A DNA stretch of 64,000 nt from Dehalococcoidia bacterium (lineage in GTDB: Bacteria; Chloroflexota; Dehalococcoidia; Lucifugimonadales; G963668185), in the NCBI GenBank assembly GCA_965261935.1, contig OZ253485.1:536388-600387 (forward strand), read 5' to 3'. The notes beneath the pieces were generated by a model that did no database searches, was not told where the DNA came from, and saw only the letters and a list, made by a program, of their open reading frames with translations. Positions 35,399 through 45,477 of the stretch are shown piece by piece (position 1 is the first letter of the stretch; each line of letters begins with the position of its first letter). Both the position numbers and the translations under genes were made by a program.

Positions 35399-35810
35399 GC
35401 AGGTGATTGTAAAGACTGTCGAACCATCGAAACTACCGTCGAACCCCAATCATGACCTCGTCTCTATACGGTAAGAGCAATTCTGAACGTATCTCGCTGA
35501 GGCTAGTCTGCATTTGATCAAAGCCCCGTTGGCGATCGTTTGCCTCAAGTTGATTCATTTCGTTTCATTTCCTGGCTGGAACTGCCTGGAACACGAGGCG
35601 GCCTAGAAGCGTTCGTGGAACCTGAACGGAACAGATCAAGGCACCCTTGAGACAACAGTGAAGCAGGACTTGCGGCCATGCTGACCGCCTTCCTAGCCGC
35701 CACAGACAGTGATGCCGAAGCTGAGTTAAAGGCCATTCACACACACAACAACAATAGTACATAAGTGCGCACACGGCAATGGGCGGATAGGTCAAATGCT
35801 GACGCGAGGT

Positions 35811-37388
35811 TCATTCCCTAGCGGCAGGGTCATTGGAGGTTGCTTCCCGTTCTGCCGTCAGCCGCTCTATGCAAAACACCAGCCCGACGAACACGAAGTG
35901 GAACCAGTCTCCTACGAATGGGCCGGCGTTGTGGAACAGACTGTTGATGCCATACCCTGCGAGCGAGCCCGTAACTGCGCCGGCGAGTACCAAGCCTTCA
36001 GTGTCACGTGAGCGGAGAATGCGCCGATACGTTACAAGAAGCGACCGGCCTGCTAGCAGGTAGAACGCAACGAGCAGCGCCAGCCCTGGGTACCCATAGT
36101 ATACGAGCACTACTAGGAACTGGTTGTGCGGAGTTGTCCTGAGGACCTCCTCGGCAACTCGAGGCTCAAGTCCTCCCGGAAGATGGTGGTCCTCCGGCAG
36201 GTACCTGCCGGTTCCCAGCGGGTGATCCAGCGAGTATCGCAGCGCCGTCAGAGCCATAGGTATCCTGGCCCGGGCTGACGTGTCATCGAGGCTGATGATT
36301 CGCCTGTTGAGACCAAAGTCGGCGCGCGACTCTCGCCAGAGCTCACGTGCGGTCTCTATCTTGTTACGCAACTCAACTTCGTAGGGTGAGTTCTGGTCAG
36401 ACGGCCAACCAGGCTGAGACAGGCGAACTAGCGCTCTCCCGTACCACTTGTCCTCTAATCCGCCGGTTTCGTTTCCAATGCTTGGCGTTGGCCCGCTCGC
36501 GAGTATGGTATCGGCGCCCCTCACTCCCGGAACGAACATCAGCAGCAGCCAGACGACGATCGCAGCCAAAGCGGCTGACATACGCCTCCGGAGTTCCGGC
36601 CTGCCAACGAGTACGATGACGCCCGTTACAACACAGCCTACAACCACGCCCAAGATTGCCGAGCGTGTGGCGTTCAGTAACACCACCGTCAACATCAGCA
36701 CGAGCGCGAAAAAAAGCACGGCCCGCCATGACCATGTGCGTGCTTTGGTGCGTAGCCGGCTGCCCGACACAAGAAACGCGAAAGCGAGAGGTACGGCCGC
36801 TGCAAGGACGTAGCTGAACGCGATGATGTTCTGGGACAGGCCGGCCATCCTGCCGCCGGCAACTATGCCGGGGATCCTATCCAGGTCGACTCTGCTGAGG
36901 ATAACCCAGACCGTCATAAACGGGTCGCCCAACAAGGTCACAGCCACACCATACAGCGCACAGATCGCGGCCCCTAGCACCAAGACCCCCAGCAGTAGCT
37001 TCAACCTGAAGGGTCTGTCGACTGAGAACCAGACAACGACGATCAAGCCTATACCCATGGCAAAGTGTCCGAGCCGCAGTAGTGCGAGCGTGTCCGTGAA
37101 CAGGTACACCGCTGCCGCCCATAACGTAAGCAACGCCGAAACTGTGAGAATCGGCACCACTGGCCTGAGCCGGGCATAGAGGAAGGAAACGGATCGGGCG
37201 TTTACGCAGCCTGTTGCATAGCAGGCACCGGCCAGCAACACCGCGACACTGAGGGACAGGATGAAGACTTTCGCATTGCCGAACGGTGGATATACTGCAA
37301 CAGTCCATATGCGGCCCAGCATCCCAATGACCAAGAGGACAATTATCGTCCTCTTGAGGAGTTGCTCGTACTTGATGGTCAGGCGCAC
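35811..37388 (-). CDS. O-antigen polymerase/ligase-like (Wzy_C) polytopic membrane protein
   Basis: 10 or more TM helices. TTPHNQFLVVLVYYGYPGLALL resembles the O-antigen ligase motif. Start uncertain (GTG 37388 or ATG 37322; the track ORF starts at 37484 inside the upstream gene). Confidence 0.7.
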   Translation of the reverse strand: MRLTIKYEQLLKRTIIVLLVIGMLGRIWTVAVYPPFGNAKVFILSLSVAVLLAGACYATGCVNARSVSFLYARLRPVVPILTVSALLTLWAAAVYLFTDTLALLRLGHFAMGIGLIVVVWFSVDRPFRLKLLLGVLVLGAAICALYGVAVTLLGDPFMTVWVILSRVDLDRIPGIVAGGRMAGLSQNIIAFSYVLAAAVPLAFAFLVSGSRLRTKARTWSWRAVLFFALVLMLTVVLLNATRSAILGVVVGCVVTGVIVLVGRPELRRRMSAALAAIVVWLLLMFVPGVRGADTILASGPTPSIGNETGGLEDKWYGRALVRLSQPGWPSDQNSPYEVELRNKIETARELWRESRADFGLNRRIISLDDTSARARIPMALTALRYSLDHPLGTGRYLPEDHHLPGGLEPRVAEEVLRTTPHNQFLVVLVYYGYPGLALLVAFYLLAGRSLLVTYRRILRSRDTEGLVLAGAVTGSLAGYGINSLFHNAGPFVGDWFHFVFVGLVFCIERLTAEREATSNDPAARE

Positions 37389-38107
37389 TTGATAGTGAAG
37401 TACCTTTCGGCCACCGGGGAGCGCACGATCCGCTCCGGCTTGCCTTCGAAGAATTCGTCGATCGCCTTTGTGGCTCCGGGCCACGCCTCTAGACGGTACT
37501 CATCGAATGCTATTGCGCCTCTGGGTGCGACGTGATCGTACAAGAGCTCTAGCGCTGCCCTGTAGGACTGGTAGATGTCCACGTCAAGGTGCAAAAGAGC
37601 AATCGGCCCTGCGTCGTAGGACGGCAGCGTTGTCCGCAGTTCCCCTTCAACAAAGACGATGTCGGAAATAGAATCCGCGTCCAGTCCGGCGGCCAGCAGG
37701 TTCTCGCGTACCTGCTCCTGTGAATAGTTCCAAGTTCCGCCAAGATCAGCATTCCATTTGCCGTCAACAGCCGTAGCGTCAGGTATTCCTCGGAACGTGT
37801 CGTACCCGAGTATGCGACGTGGCCTGTCGATTGCGTTCGAAATCACGGAGAAATCAAAGAGGGACCTACCTGAACCGACGCCGCACTCAACAATCACTCC
37901 ATCCACATCGGCCACTTTTGCCAACAGCCTTTCGAAGTGCATGAACCGGCTAATCCATTTGAAACCGTATCCGCTTACTAGCGGATTTTCAGGATTGCGT
38001 CTCGCGCGACTCACGTCAAGTCCAAACGCACTTCTAGCAAACTTCTTGGCAGCACTCTTAAATGCCGCTTTCAGGCCTCTACTCTCGTCGGATGAAGGCA
38101 CTCTCAC
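37379..38107 (-). CDS. TylF/MycF-like SAM-dependent O-methyltransferase
   Basis: VIVECGVGSGRS...GYDTFRGIP...LLHLDVDIYQSYRAALELLY...GAIAFDEY matches the macrocin-O-methyltransferase pattern. The GTG start overlaps the upstream stop (GTGA), with AAGGAGG adjacent. Confidence 0.75.
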   Translation of the reverse strand: MRVPSSDESRGLKAAFKSAAKKFARSAFGLDVSRARRNPENPLVSGYGFKWISRFMHFERLLAKVADVDGVIVECGVGSGRSLFDFSVISNAIDRPRRILGYDTFRGIPDATAVDGKWNADLGGTWNYSQEQVRENLLAAGLDADSISDIVFVEGELRTTLPSYDAGPIALLHLDVDIYQSYRAALELLYDHVAPRGAIAFDEYRLEAWPGATKAIDEFFEGKPERIVRSPVAERYFTIKCA

Positions 38108-39225
38108 CTCCTTGTTGAAGTATCCACCAGTTCGAATACTAGGTCGAAGTACTGCTGGATCGAGCCTTCGGCAGTGTACTCGCTGGTTCCTTCGATGAGG
38201 CGTGTGGATTCGATGGGCCTGTCGATCGTATCGAGTATCGACTGACCCAGTGCGCGCCAGTCTCCCACCGGGACCAGGCGGCCCAGTGCTCCGTCTCGCA
38301 GAATTTCGCGCGGACCGCTTGGACAGTCGGTGCTTACGATCAGTGTCCCGCACGCCATCGCTTGAACAAGCACATTCGGCGACCCTTCGTATACAGAGGA
38401 CAGCACAAACAGCTTTGCCCTGGACATGTACGAGTATGGGTTACTCACGAAGCCCGGGAAGTCAACCGCATCTTCTATTCCTAGGTCCTCAGTAAGGAGC
38501 CGCAACGCATCTCGTTCCGGCCCTTCTCCCAGGACGACCAGCCTTGCTAGGCGGACCTTCAGCACCACGTTGGCGAATGCCTCCAGCAGTGTGGGATAGT
38601 CCTTCACAGGCACCAACCGGCCCGCGGCGAGTACTACCGGCAGGGATGAGTCCTGGAACCAGGGGTGGTCGACAGGTTCCACCGCCTTCTCGGCCAGTTC
38701 GGGCCAGACGACGGGATTATGGATTACTCGCACCTGTGGCGCGAGATTCGGGGCGGCGCCGACGAGATCGTCTGCCGCACCACGCGAGTTTGCGATTACC
38801 ACGTCGGCATACCGCAGAAGCAGGCGCTCAAGCCGCAGGACGGCGCGCGCCTTAAGTCCTCCCTGCCTGAGCTCCATCGTAAATGTGCTCGCGCGGCGGA
38901 CGCCGAGTGCCATCTTCCTGGAAAAGAGTGCACGCGCCAGAATTGCGACTACGTTAATCTCAGGCGAAGTAGATATGAGCACGGATGGACGCTCGCGACG
39001 GAGGTAGCGAACAAGCGCGGGGAAGCACAATAGGGCCCTCCGCGAATTGAGGTCTATGAGCCTCACATCCGGTGGGACGAATTCGAGGTAGGGCCCCGTA
39101 GCCTTGACCAGAATGAGATCGACAGCCACCCCCCGCTGCGCTAGTCCCCTCGCAATGTCGAGCATTGCTCGTTCGGCGCCACCACCTCGAAGCGAGCTAA
39201 CAAAGAGTGCGACGCGAATGCTCAC
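38104..39225 (-). CDS. Glycosyltransferase family 4
   Basis: SLRGGGAERAM N-terminus. SSVYEGSPNVLVQAMACGTLIVSTDCPSGPREIL. GTGA overlap with the upstream gene. Confidence 0.85.
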   Translation of the reverse strand: MSIRVALFVSSLRGGGAERAMLDIARGLAQRGVAVDLILVKATGPYLEFVPPDVRLIDLNSRRALLCFPALVRYLRRERPSVLISTSPEINVVAILARALFSRKMALGVRRASTFTMELRQGGLKARAVLRLERLLLRYADVVIANSRGAADDLVGAAPNLAPQVRVIHNPVVWPELAEKAVEPVDHPWFQDSSLPVVLAAGRLVPVKDYPTLLEAFANVVLKVRLARLVVLGEGPERDALRLLTEDLGIEDAVDFPGFVSNPYSYMSRAKLFVLSSVYEGSPNVLVQAMACGTLIVSTDCPSGPREILRDGALGRLVPVGDWRALGQSILDTIDRPIESTRLIEGTSEYTAEGSIQQYFDLVFELVDTSTRR

Positions 39226-40343
39226 CGTGAGCCGCCCGCCATCTCGACAAGCACGTCAACGTAGCGGTCGGGTGAATGTTCGGAGAGGACCAGCTCGTAG
39301 CTGCGACGTCCCATCTCGAGAAGCTGCTCGCGGTCCTTAATTGCTCTCTCGGTGCATGCCGTCAAGTCGTCGATGTCGCCGGATCGGAACATGAAACCGT
39401 TTTCGCCGTGCCGAATGTAGCCGCTCGTCCCGTTCGCATCGCTGCACACGACCGGCAGCGAGTGGGCCATCGCTTCGAGGTGCGAGACGGCGGCCGGCTC
39501 GTCCCGGCTCGCTAGCACAAACAGGTCGTGACTTGCGTAGAACTCACCCATTTCTAGATGGGGTACGTTGGCCTCGATCCGAACAACCTCTTCCATACCA
39601 AGACACGTTCTGAGCCGCGTCAGCTCTTCCCACTCGCGACTATGCTCAGATGTCGAGCACTCGCCGACGATCGTTGCTCTGAGCGCATAAGACTTCGATA
39701 ACTTCGCTACGACCTCAAGGAACATTCGATGGTTCTTTCGCGGCATGAACTTGCCCACGTGAAGCAAATTTATGTACCCATTTGCGAACCAGTCCCTCTC
39801 GTCCGCCGATGTCTGCGGCAACATTACAAACGGCACGTATCGAGGTGAACACCGGGGCCACGCATGGCGGTTGGGGTCCCCTAGTACTGGCGTGAACCAC
39901 GCAGCGCCCGTCACGCGGAGCAAGGTCGTTTCCATTGCACCCTTTAATCGGCGGACTTCCCGATGCCGTGGCGCCTGATTATAAAGAACAAGGTGTGCAT
40001 CCATAATCCTGGAAAGCGTGATCGCCAGCAACCCGTAGGCGGAAGAAGGGTTCCGGACGACAACGGCAGCTGGCTTCACGCTTCGCATCTCTCTCCAGAA
40101 CGTCAAGACTGGGGGGATGCCGCCAACGTCGCTCCAGGTCAGTCCAGGCAATGCCGAGACCATACGCCGGAGAAGGTCGAAAATGCGAGAGCGGCCTAGG
40201 ACACGCGGCTCAAGTACATCGTATGCCTCGCTCCGGCCCCGTCTGAGCGCCAGGACCGTCACCTCGTGGCCCGCGTCCAGTAGAGCCCTGAACGCGTACC
40301 GCTGGTTCGTGTGAAACCTCGGAGCCGTGAACACAAAGCGCAT
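39222..40343 (-). CDS. Glycosyltransferase family 4/1
   Basis: ASRDEPAAVSHLEAMAHSLPVVCSDANGTSGYI (E-x7-E region). Confidence 0.8.
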   Translation of the reverse strand: MRFVFTAPRFHTNQRYAFRALLDAGHEVTVLALRRGRSEAYDVLEPRVLGRSRIFDLLRRMVSALPGLTWSDVGGIPPVLTFWREMRSVKPAAVVVRNPSSAYGLLAITLSRIMDAHLVLYNQAPRHREVRRLKGAMETTLLRVTGAAWFTPVLGDPNRHAWPRCSPRYVPFVMLPQTSADERDWFANGYINLLHVGKFMPRKNHRMFLEVVAKLSKSYALRATIVGECSTSEHSREWEELTRLRTCLGMEEVVRIEANVPHLEMGEFYASHDLFVLASRDEPAAVSHLEAMAHSLPVVCSDANGTSGYIRHGENGFMFRSGDIDDLTACTERAIKDREQLLEMGRRSYELVLSEHSPDRYVDVLVEMAGGSR

Positions 40344-40348
40344 TCGGC

Positions 40349-41239
40349 TTACTCGAAAGGTACCGTCGCAGACCTCGTCAATACCGCCAAAGCGTAATCA
40401 TCGCCCTGGTACTCGCCTCGTGAAGGCATGGTCACGATCTCCAGAGACCAGCGGCCTTCACGCTCCTCCAGGAAGTCCGAGACCGCTCTTCTGATGCCCG
40501 CGAAGCGTTGCTTGAGAACCACAAACTCGTTGGCTTCCCCCAGGCGGGGAGCCGCGTCTCTAGCCTTTTGCCACACCACGCCCAGCGTCCGCCCGACTCC
40601 CCAAGCAGCGAAGTTCATTGGCCTAGATCTGATACGCCCAGCGACTACGCCGAGGTGGTAGTCATCCATGACGATGGCGCACCGTTCCGCCATCAGCGAG
40701 TCGAGCATCGTCAACTCACCCTTCACGTCCGCATAGGTGTGGCTGCCATCGAGAAACGCCAGGTCTATTGGGCCATGCGGCCACTCCTGTAAGACTTCCA
40801 GTGAACGGCTCGTAATGGTGGAGACTACTGCACTCTCCTCCGCGAACCACCTTTCCCAGATCTCCAATCGAGTCATGGGCCGTGCACCATCCAACTCGTC
40901 ATCGCGCTGCTTCGCGATGTGCCAGCGGCGAGGCTCATCGTGACCGAACACGTCGACTGTATAGACATGGCCGCCCGCGTCCTCGTCCAGAATCGCACGC
41001 GCAAGCATCATGGCGGAAAAGCCCCTAGCCGTACCGATGTCGAGCGCTACCAGCGAACCGCCGCTCCCGGCGAATAACCGGCCCAGCTTGTAAAGCAAGA
41101 GACCGTGTTCTCCGCCATCTCCGCCTCTGAGAACCCTTCGGGCGCTGCGGTACCATCCGTGAGGAACTTCCGCCCTGGCCAATTGTGCAAGCTTCACATC
41201 TAGAGACGTGACGGAGGCTCCGGAAGGGACTAAAGTCAC
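40349..41239 (-). CDS. Class I SAM-dependent methyltransferase (O-methyltransferase family 3 / CmcI-like)
   Basis: LVALDIGTARGFSAMMLA...VYTVDV...LAFLDGSHTYADV...IVMDDY. Proposed GTG start overlaps the upstream stop (GTGA 41236-41239). Confidence 0.65.
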   Translation of the reverse strand: MTLVPSGASVTSLDVKLAQLARAEVPHGWYRSARRVLRGGDGGEHGLLLYKLGRLFAGSGGSLVALDIGTARGFSAMMLARAILDEDAGGHVYTVDVFGHDEPRRWHIAKQRDDELDGARPMTRLEIWERWFAEESAVVSTITSRSLEVLQEWPHGPIDLAFLDGSHTYADVKGELTMLDSLMAERCAIVMDDYHLGVVAGRIRSRPMNFAAWGVGRTLGVVWQKARDAAPRLGEANEFVVLKQRFAGIRRAVSDFLEEREGRWSLEIVTMPSRGEYQGDDYALAVLTRSATVPFE

Positions 41240-42378
41240 AATGACAGACGATATCCCGAATCCAACATCAGCGGCCGGTAGACTTCTTCGTGATAGCGTC
41301 TTGCTATGGCACTCCAATCGTGCTGACGAACCGTACCCAAGGCATTCTCGACTATTGACTTTGTAAGTTCGGCATCTTGTAGAAGCTTTGACGCGCCGGC
41401 TGTCAGGCCATCTACGTCATCTACATCCGCAAGCAGCCCATTCTCCCCATTTCTTATCAGATCGGTGCACATTCCTACTCTCGTAGCAACCAGCGGAGTT
41501 TCGGTCGCCATGGATTCAAGACATGCCATAGGGCCACCCTCATCTCGTGAAGCAATCACATACAGATCGAGCGCCCAGTAGTGCCGAGCTACGTCTTCAT
41601 ATCGCTTCAGGAATACGTGACGGTAATGAACACCCATCTTCTCCAAGCCAAGCTTCACATATCCTCTCGCTGGTCCTGTCAGGAGGACATAGATATTGAA
41701 ATCACGACGCAGCCGGTCGATTACCTTCAGGAACACGTCAGGGCCCTTGACCCACTTGGGAGACAGGCCTTCTTCCCAGCCTTCTCCGTCCTTTTGAAAC
41801 GATCCGATGCACTTTGCATCTTCTGGAATACCGAGTTTTCTCCGGATATCGAGGCGCTCCTCGCTGGTAGGCGGAAGGAACAAGCGCGTATCGATTCCGT
41901 GAGGGATGTATGCAAGCTTGGCTCTGTCCACCCCCTCTTCCAGCAGAGTAGTTGAGCCAGCTTGAGCATGCACGATTATCTTGTCTAAGAAGTTACTCGC
42001 TTCACAGACGTTATCTAGCCGCCTGGCAAACTGTGGATTCGGGTGCGATCTCCTCCCGTGTGTCCAAGAAACGACCTGCTTGTTGGAAGGATGAACTCTG
42101 CGGTACATCTCTTCTTCAAAGTAACCTGTTGGCGACCCAAAATGGACAAGAGACTGACGCAGATCACTCCATGCGTATTGAGGTCCAAAGGCATAGTAGT
42201 TGCTGAGGTGATAACGTATGGCGTTTCCGATTGTTGAAAGAACCCAGCCGGTATCTCCAACGTAGATCAGCGGAGGTTTGACCCAAGAGCATCTCTTAGC
42301 AATCGCGGACGTGCATATGTACCATCCGCGCAGCGTCAAATGGCCGGGCTTGGCTATCTTCTTGCCTATTCTTCTCAC
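41236..42378 (-). CDS. Glycosyltransferase family 4/1
   Basis: ASRDEGGPMACLESMATETPLVATRVGMCTDLI. GTGA overlap with the upstream gene. Confidence 0.8.
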   Translation of the reverse strand: MRRIGKKIAKPGHLTLRGWYICTSAIAKRCSWVKPPLIYVGDTGWVLSTIGNAIRYHLSNYYAFGPQYAWSDLRQSLVHFGSPTGYFEEEMYRRVHPSNKQVVSWTHGRRSHPNPQFARRLDNVCEASNFLDKIIVHAQAGSTTLLEEGVDRAKLAYIPHGIDTRLFLPPTSEERLDIRRKLGIPEDAKCIGSFQKDGEGWEEGLSPKWVKGPDVFLKVIDRLRRDFNIYVLLTGPARGYVKLGLEKMGVHYRHVFLKRYEDVARHYWALDLYVIASRDEGGPMACLESMATETPLVATRVGMCTDLIRNGENGLLADVDDVDGLTAGASKLLQDAELTKSIVENALGTVRQHDWSAIARRYHEEVYRPLMLDSGYRLSL

Positions 42379-43481
42379 GATACGTTGCGCTGCGAGTGCC
42401 GCCCTGCGATCACTTCTCTGAAGGCGGAGACGTATTCTTCGGCGGCACGTAAGATCAGGAACCTGTCCCGTTGTTCAACGAGCTTACTCCGCAAGCTGGG
42501 TAGTCGCAGCCTCAGGTCGTCTATCACGCAAGGCAAGTCGTCAGATAGGGGAATGCCGAACTCTCCCGCAAGTTCCCAATTGCCCCCGGAATCCCGGTAG
42601 ACAACGGGTAGCCCGCAGGCCATAGCTTCAACGATGGCGTTCGAGCAGGGCTCGTTCCACGCCGCGTGGACCATGGCGTCGGACGAGCGCATTAGGGCTG
42701 CGAGTTCATGCGATTGAAGGATTCCCGCAAGGTTCACGTTTGCGGGGTGGATCTCCGGGCACCAGTTGCCTGCAAATGTCAGCTCCACACCAGGCAGCTT
42801 AGATATCTCAGCCAAGGTGTCGAACCCTTTGCGCCGGTTTGGAGACCAGGAAACTGCGACGAGCCGTAGCGGGGAGTCAGTGAAAGGCTTGGTGCCTCCA
42901 GGATAGAACACGCGCGGGTCAACAGCGTTTTGGATTATCGTATAGCGCTCTGGAGAGAACTTACATTGCTCGGCGAAGCTCTTCCGGCAGTATTCACTCT
43001 GAAAGATCGTGTAGTCGGTCAGTCGGTTCACCGCAGGCTGTACTTCATCAGCTTTCGTCCTACGTCCACGGACAATCTCGGGAACGCCGTCAACGCGGTG
43101 AACAAGCACCGGCCTACTTCTAATCGCACGAGTCCACAGTCGCGTCACGAAAGCTGATTCAAAAGGAGTCATCGCGCCTGTTCTCCTCAACCTCTCCACC
43201 TGTGCAGGAAGCAAAGGTTTGTTCGCGCCGCGATTGAAACCGTTGAGCAACACGACCTGAGTATCATATTGTGGCCTCGAAGTCACTCTATGCCCTAACC
43301 TCGACAGTTCGGAGTTGAGAGCGCTCAGGAACTGGTTTCCGCCGCCCCAAGGTGAGCTGACTGTGTCGAAGAGAACGCATATGTTAAGAGCATCGCTTGG
43401 TGTACTTTTTGAGCTTTGCAATGCTATACCAACGGGGTTCGCTGATTTCGGCGCGCTACGAACCAGACTCCGTTCGGGCAA
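42375..43481 (-). CDS. Glycosyltransferase family 1/4
   Basis: HAAWNEPCSNAIVEAMACGLPVVYRDSGGNWEL. The 5' end overlaps the upstream gene by 58 nt, so the true start may be later. Confidence 0.75.
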   Translation of the reverse strand: MPERSLVRSAPKSANPVGIALQSSKSTPSDALNICVLFDTVSSPWGGGNQFLSALNSELSRLGHRVTSRPQYDTQVVLLNGFNRGANKPLLPAQVERLRRTGAMTPFESAFVTRLWTRAIRSRPVLVHRVDGVPEIVRGRRTKADEVQPAVNRLTDYTIFQSEYCRKSFAEQCKFSPERYTIIQNAVDPRVFYPGGTKPFTDSPLRLVAVSWSPNRRKGFDTLAEISKLPGVELTFAGNWCPEIHPANVNLAGILQSHELAALMRSSDAMVHAAWNEPCSNAIVEAMACGLPVVYRDSGGNWELAGEFGIPLSDDLPCVIDDLRLRLPSLRSKLVEQRDRFLILRAAEEYVSAFREVIAGRHSQRNVS

Positions 43482-44146
43482 GAAGATGGATTCTGTCGCG
43501 CTGAACCTACCTTATCTATCAATATGAATAGGTGGGTGACGAGCAGGGCGAACATCACCCCGCAGACTCGAATCAGCTTTCCTAGAATCCAGCCTCGGAC
43601 ATATGGCCTCACGAGGTCAAATGCCGATAGGAACACGCCCCCGCAGGCTTCCACCTCGATCGACGATAGCCCGGTCTCACTAAGTAGATTACGAAACGCT
43701 TCTGGTGTATAGCGCCAATAGTCGTTCGGAGCGCCGTGCACTCCAAGAGCGAAGGGCGTCCAGCCGTACAGGATCGCACCGGGCTTCATGACACGGCGAA
43801 TTTCGCGCAGCGCTCTTCGATGCTCGTAAACGTGCTCCAGCAGATTGAAGCAGAGCACGGTGTCGAAACTCTCCGCCTTGATCGGCATTTGCGTAGCAGA
43901 ACCGTGTATGTCATCGGACCCTCTGGGCTGAATGTCCAGAGCCACTATGCAATCCGCATCGTCTATATTCATGTAGCTTAAATAAGTCTGTCTGCTGCCG
44001 CCGCCGACGTCCAGCACCTTACCTCTGACCACCACATGCTTCATGACCTGGAGGTGAAGAAGTGCTCGGTTGACGCTCATACCTTTATAGACGTGAGTGG
44101 CTATGAAACGCCCAGTGGATGGCCTTCGCTGTCTGTGGGCGCTCAT
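43424..44146 (-). CDS. Class I SAM-dependent methyltransferase (Methyltransf_11-like)
   Basis: VLDVGGGSRQ motif I. FDTVLCFNLLEHV. MKPGAILYG. Confidence 0.8.
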   Translation of the reverse strand: MSAHRQRRPSTGRFIATHVYKGMSVNRALLHLQVMKHVVVRGKVLDVGGGSRQTYLSYMNIDDADCIVALDIQPRGSDDIHGSATQMPIKAESFDTVLCFNLLEHVYEHRRALREIRRVMKPGAILYGWTPFALGVHGAPNDYWRYTPEAFRNLLSETGLSSIEVEACGGVFLSAFDLVRPYVRGWILGKLIRVCGVMFALLVTHLFILIDKVGSARQNPSSCPNGVWFVARRNQRTPLV

Positions 44147-45477
44147 TAGAGTTGATAGCTCCGCCTGATAATCGAAGCTGCAAACGGCGCCAACGTTATC
44201 ATGATCGCCAAGGTATACGCTAAGCGAGACCAGGCCGCCCCCTCGGCCCCAAAGCTAGGAAGAAGGAAGATAAGCAGTGAGGCAGAGATGACAAGCGCCA
44301 CCAGGGCCGACAGCAAGTTAGGCAGGGTCCGGCCGATAGCCAGGGGCATCCTGCCGTAAGTCCCCACTATTGTTCCGATCAACGCACCGGGAATCAGTAT
44401 CAACATAACCGATGCGGCTTCCGAAAACTCGGCTCCCAGCACTATCTCGACTACGGGTCCCCGCACCAGAGTCAGCAACGCAAAACCAACACCCGCTACT
44501 CCCGCCGTGACCAGTGTAACCCTCAACAGCGTGCGTCTCAGATCGGTGCCTCGCCCCTCGAACCACAGCCTGCTGAGTTCAGTCTGGGCGCCAGTTGCTA
44601 TCAAGGCAACCGGTCTCCGGCAAGTGTCGACAATACGCCGTGCCGCACGGTAGATGCCAGCGGCGGGCGCGCCCGCAAGCTGCCCCACGAGGATCGTGTC
44701 AAGATTTGCGTTCAATGCGCCGATCGTGGCCCGGGCCCACGTTCCCGCTTGGAACCTGACCACCTCCCGGGACACTCGGAATCTGGGAGATCGCAGGAAC
44801 CCGGCAACGCCCGCTCTTGGCGCGGAGGCTGTAGCCGCAGCGAAAATGCCAGTTCCGCGCACTATCGACCCAACCACATAGGCCCCCACAATCGCGAACA
44901 GACCGCCGCCCGAAAGCCATGCCAGCACAATCATGCCGACGAGAGCCGCAGAGCCCGCCAACTCCACGACCGTAGAGAGGGACACACGGTCCGCCAGGCG
45001 CAGCAGGGCTATGCTCTCCGACTGCGTCGACCCAAGCACGCCGACGACTCCGAACAACAGCGTCGCTTCCACATACGCGTCCCTGAGGCCGGTGAACTCC
45101 CGGGCCACGTTGAGCGTTATGAACATCACGGCGTACGCAAGCAGCGACATTCCGAACGAGACGGCGAGCGCGAAGTGAACGATGGCCGCGGCCTGATCGC
45201 CTCGACCTTCTACCACACTCTTTGAAACGAACGCGATCACGGCGTCGCCGCCAGGCAGAGAGACGATTCCATGAATGAGGCCGGTCGCCGACATGATCAC
45301 GGCCAGCACACCGTAGCCGTCGGGACCGAGGACCCTCGCGGTGATGGAAACGGTGGCCAGCCCTGCGAGCAGTTGGATCCCAGTGGCCGCCCCCATCCAG
45401 AACGTCTGCCGGGCGACACGCTTCTCGGACTTGTTCAGCGTGGGCGTAAGGAGCGCCTTCACTATTGCTGGCCGCAC
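44146..45477 (-). CDS. Wzx-type oligosaccharide flippase (MOP superfamily)
   Basis: 443 aa, 12 or more predicted TM helices. First gene of the cluster. Its stop overlaps the next start (TAATG). Confidence 0.8.
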   Translation of the reverse strand: MRPAIVKALLTPTLNKSEKRVARQTFWMGAATGIQLLAGLATVSITARVLGPDGYGVLAVIMSATGLIHGIVSLPGGDAVIAFVSKSVVEGRGDQAAAIVHFALAVSFGMSLLAYAVMFITLNVAREFTGLRDAYVEATLLFGVVGVLGSTQSESIALLRLADRVSLSTVVELAGSAALVGMIVLAWLSGGGLFAIVGAYVVGSIVRGTGIFAAATASAPRAGVAGFLRSPRFRVSREVVRFQAGTWARATIGALNANLDTILVGQLAGAPAAGIYRAARRIVDTCRRPVALIATGAQTELSRLWFEGRGTDLRRTLLRVTLVTAGVAGVGFALLTLVRGPVVEIVLGAEFSEAASVMLILIPGALIGTIVGTYGRMPLAIGRTLPNLLSALVALVISASLLIFLLPSFGAEGAAWSRLAYTLAIMITLAPFAASIIRRSYQL

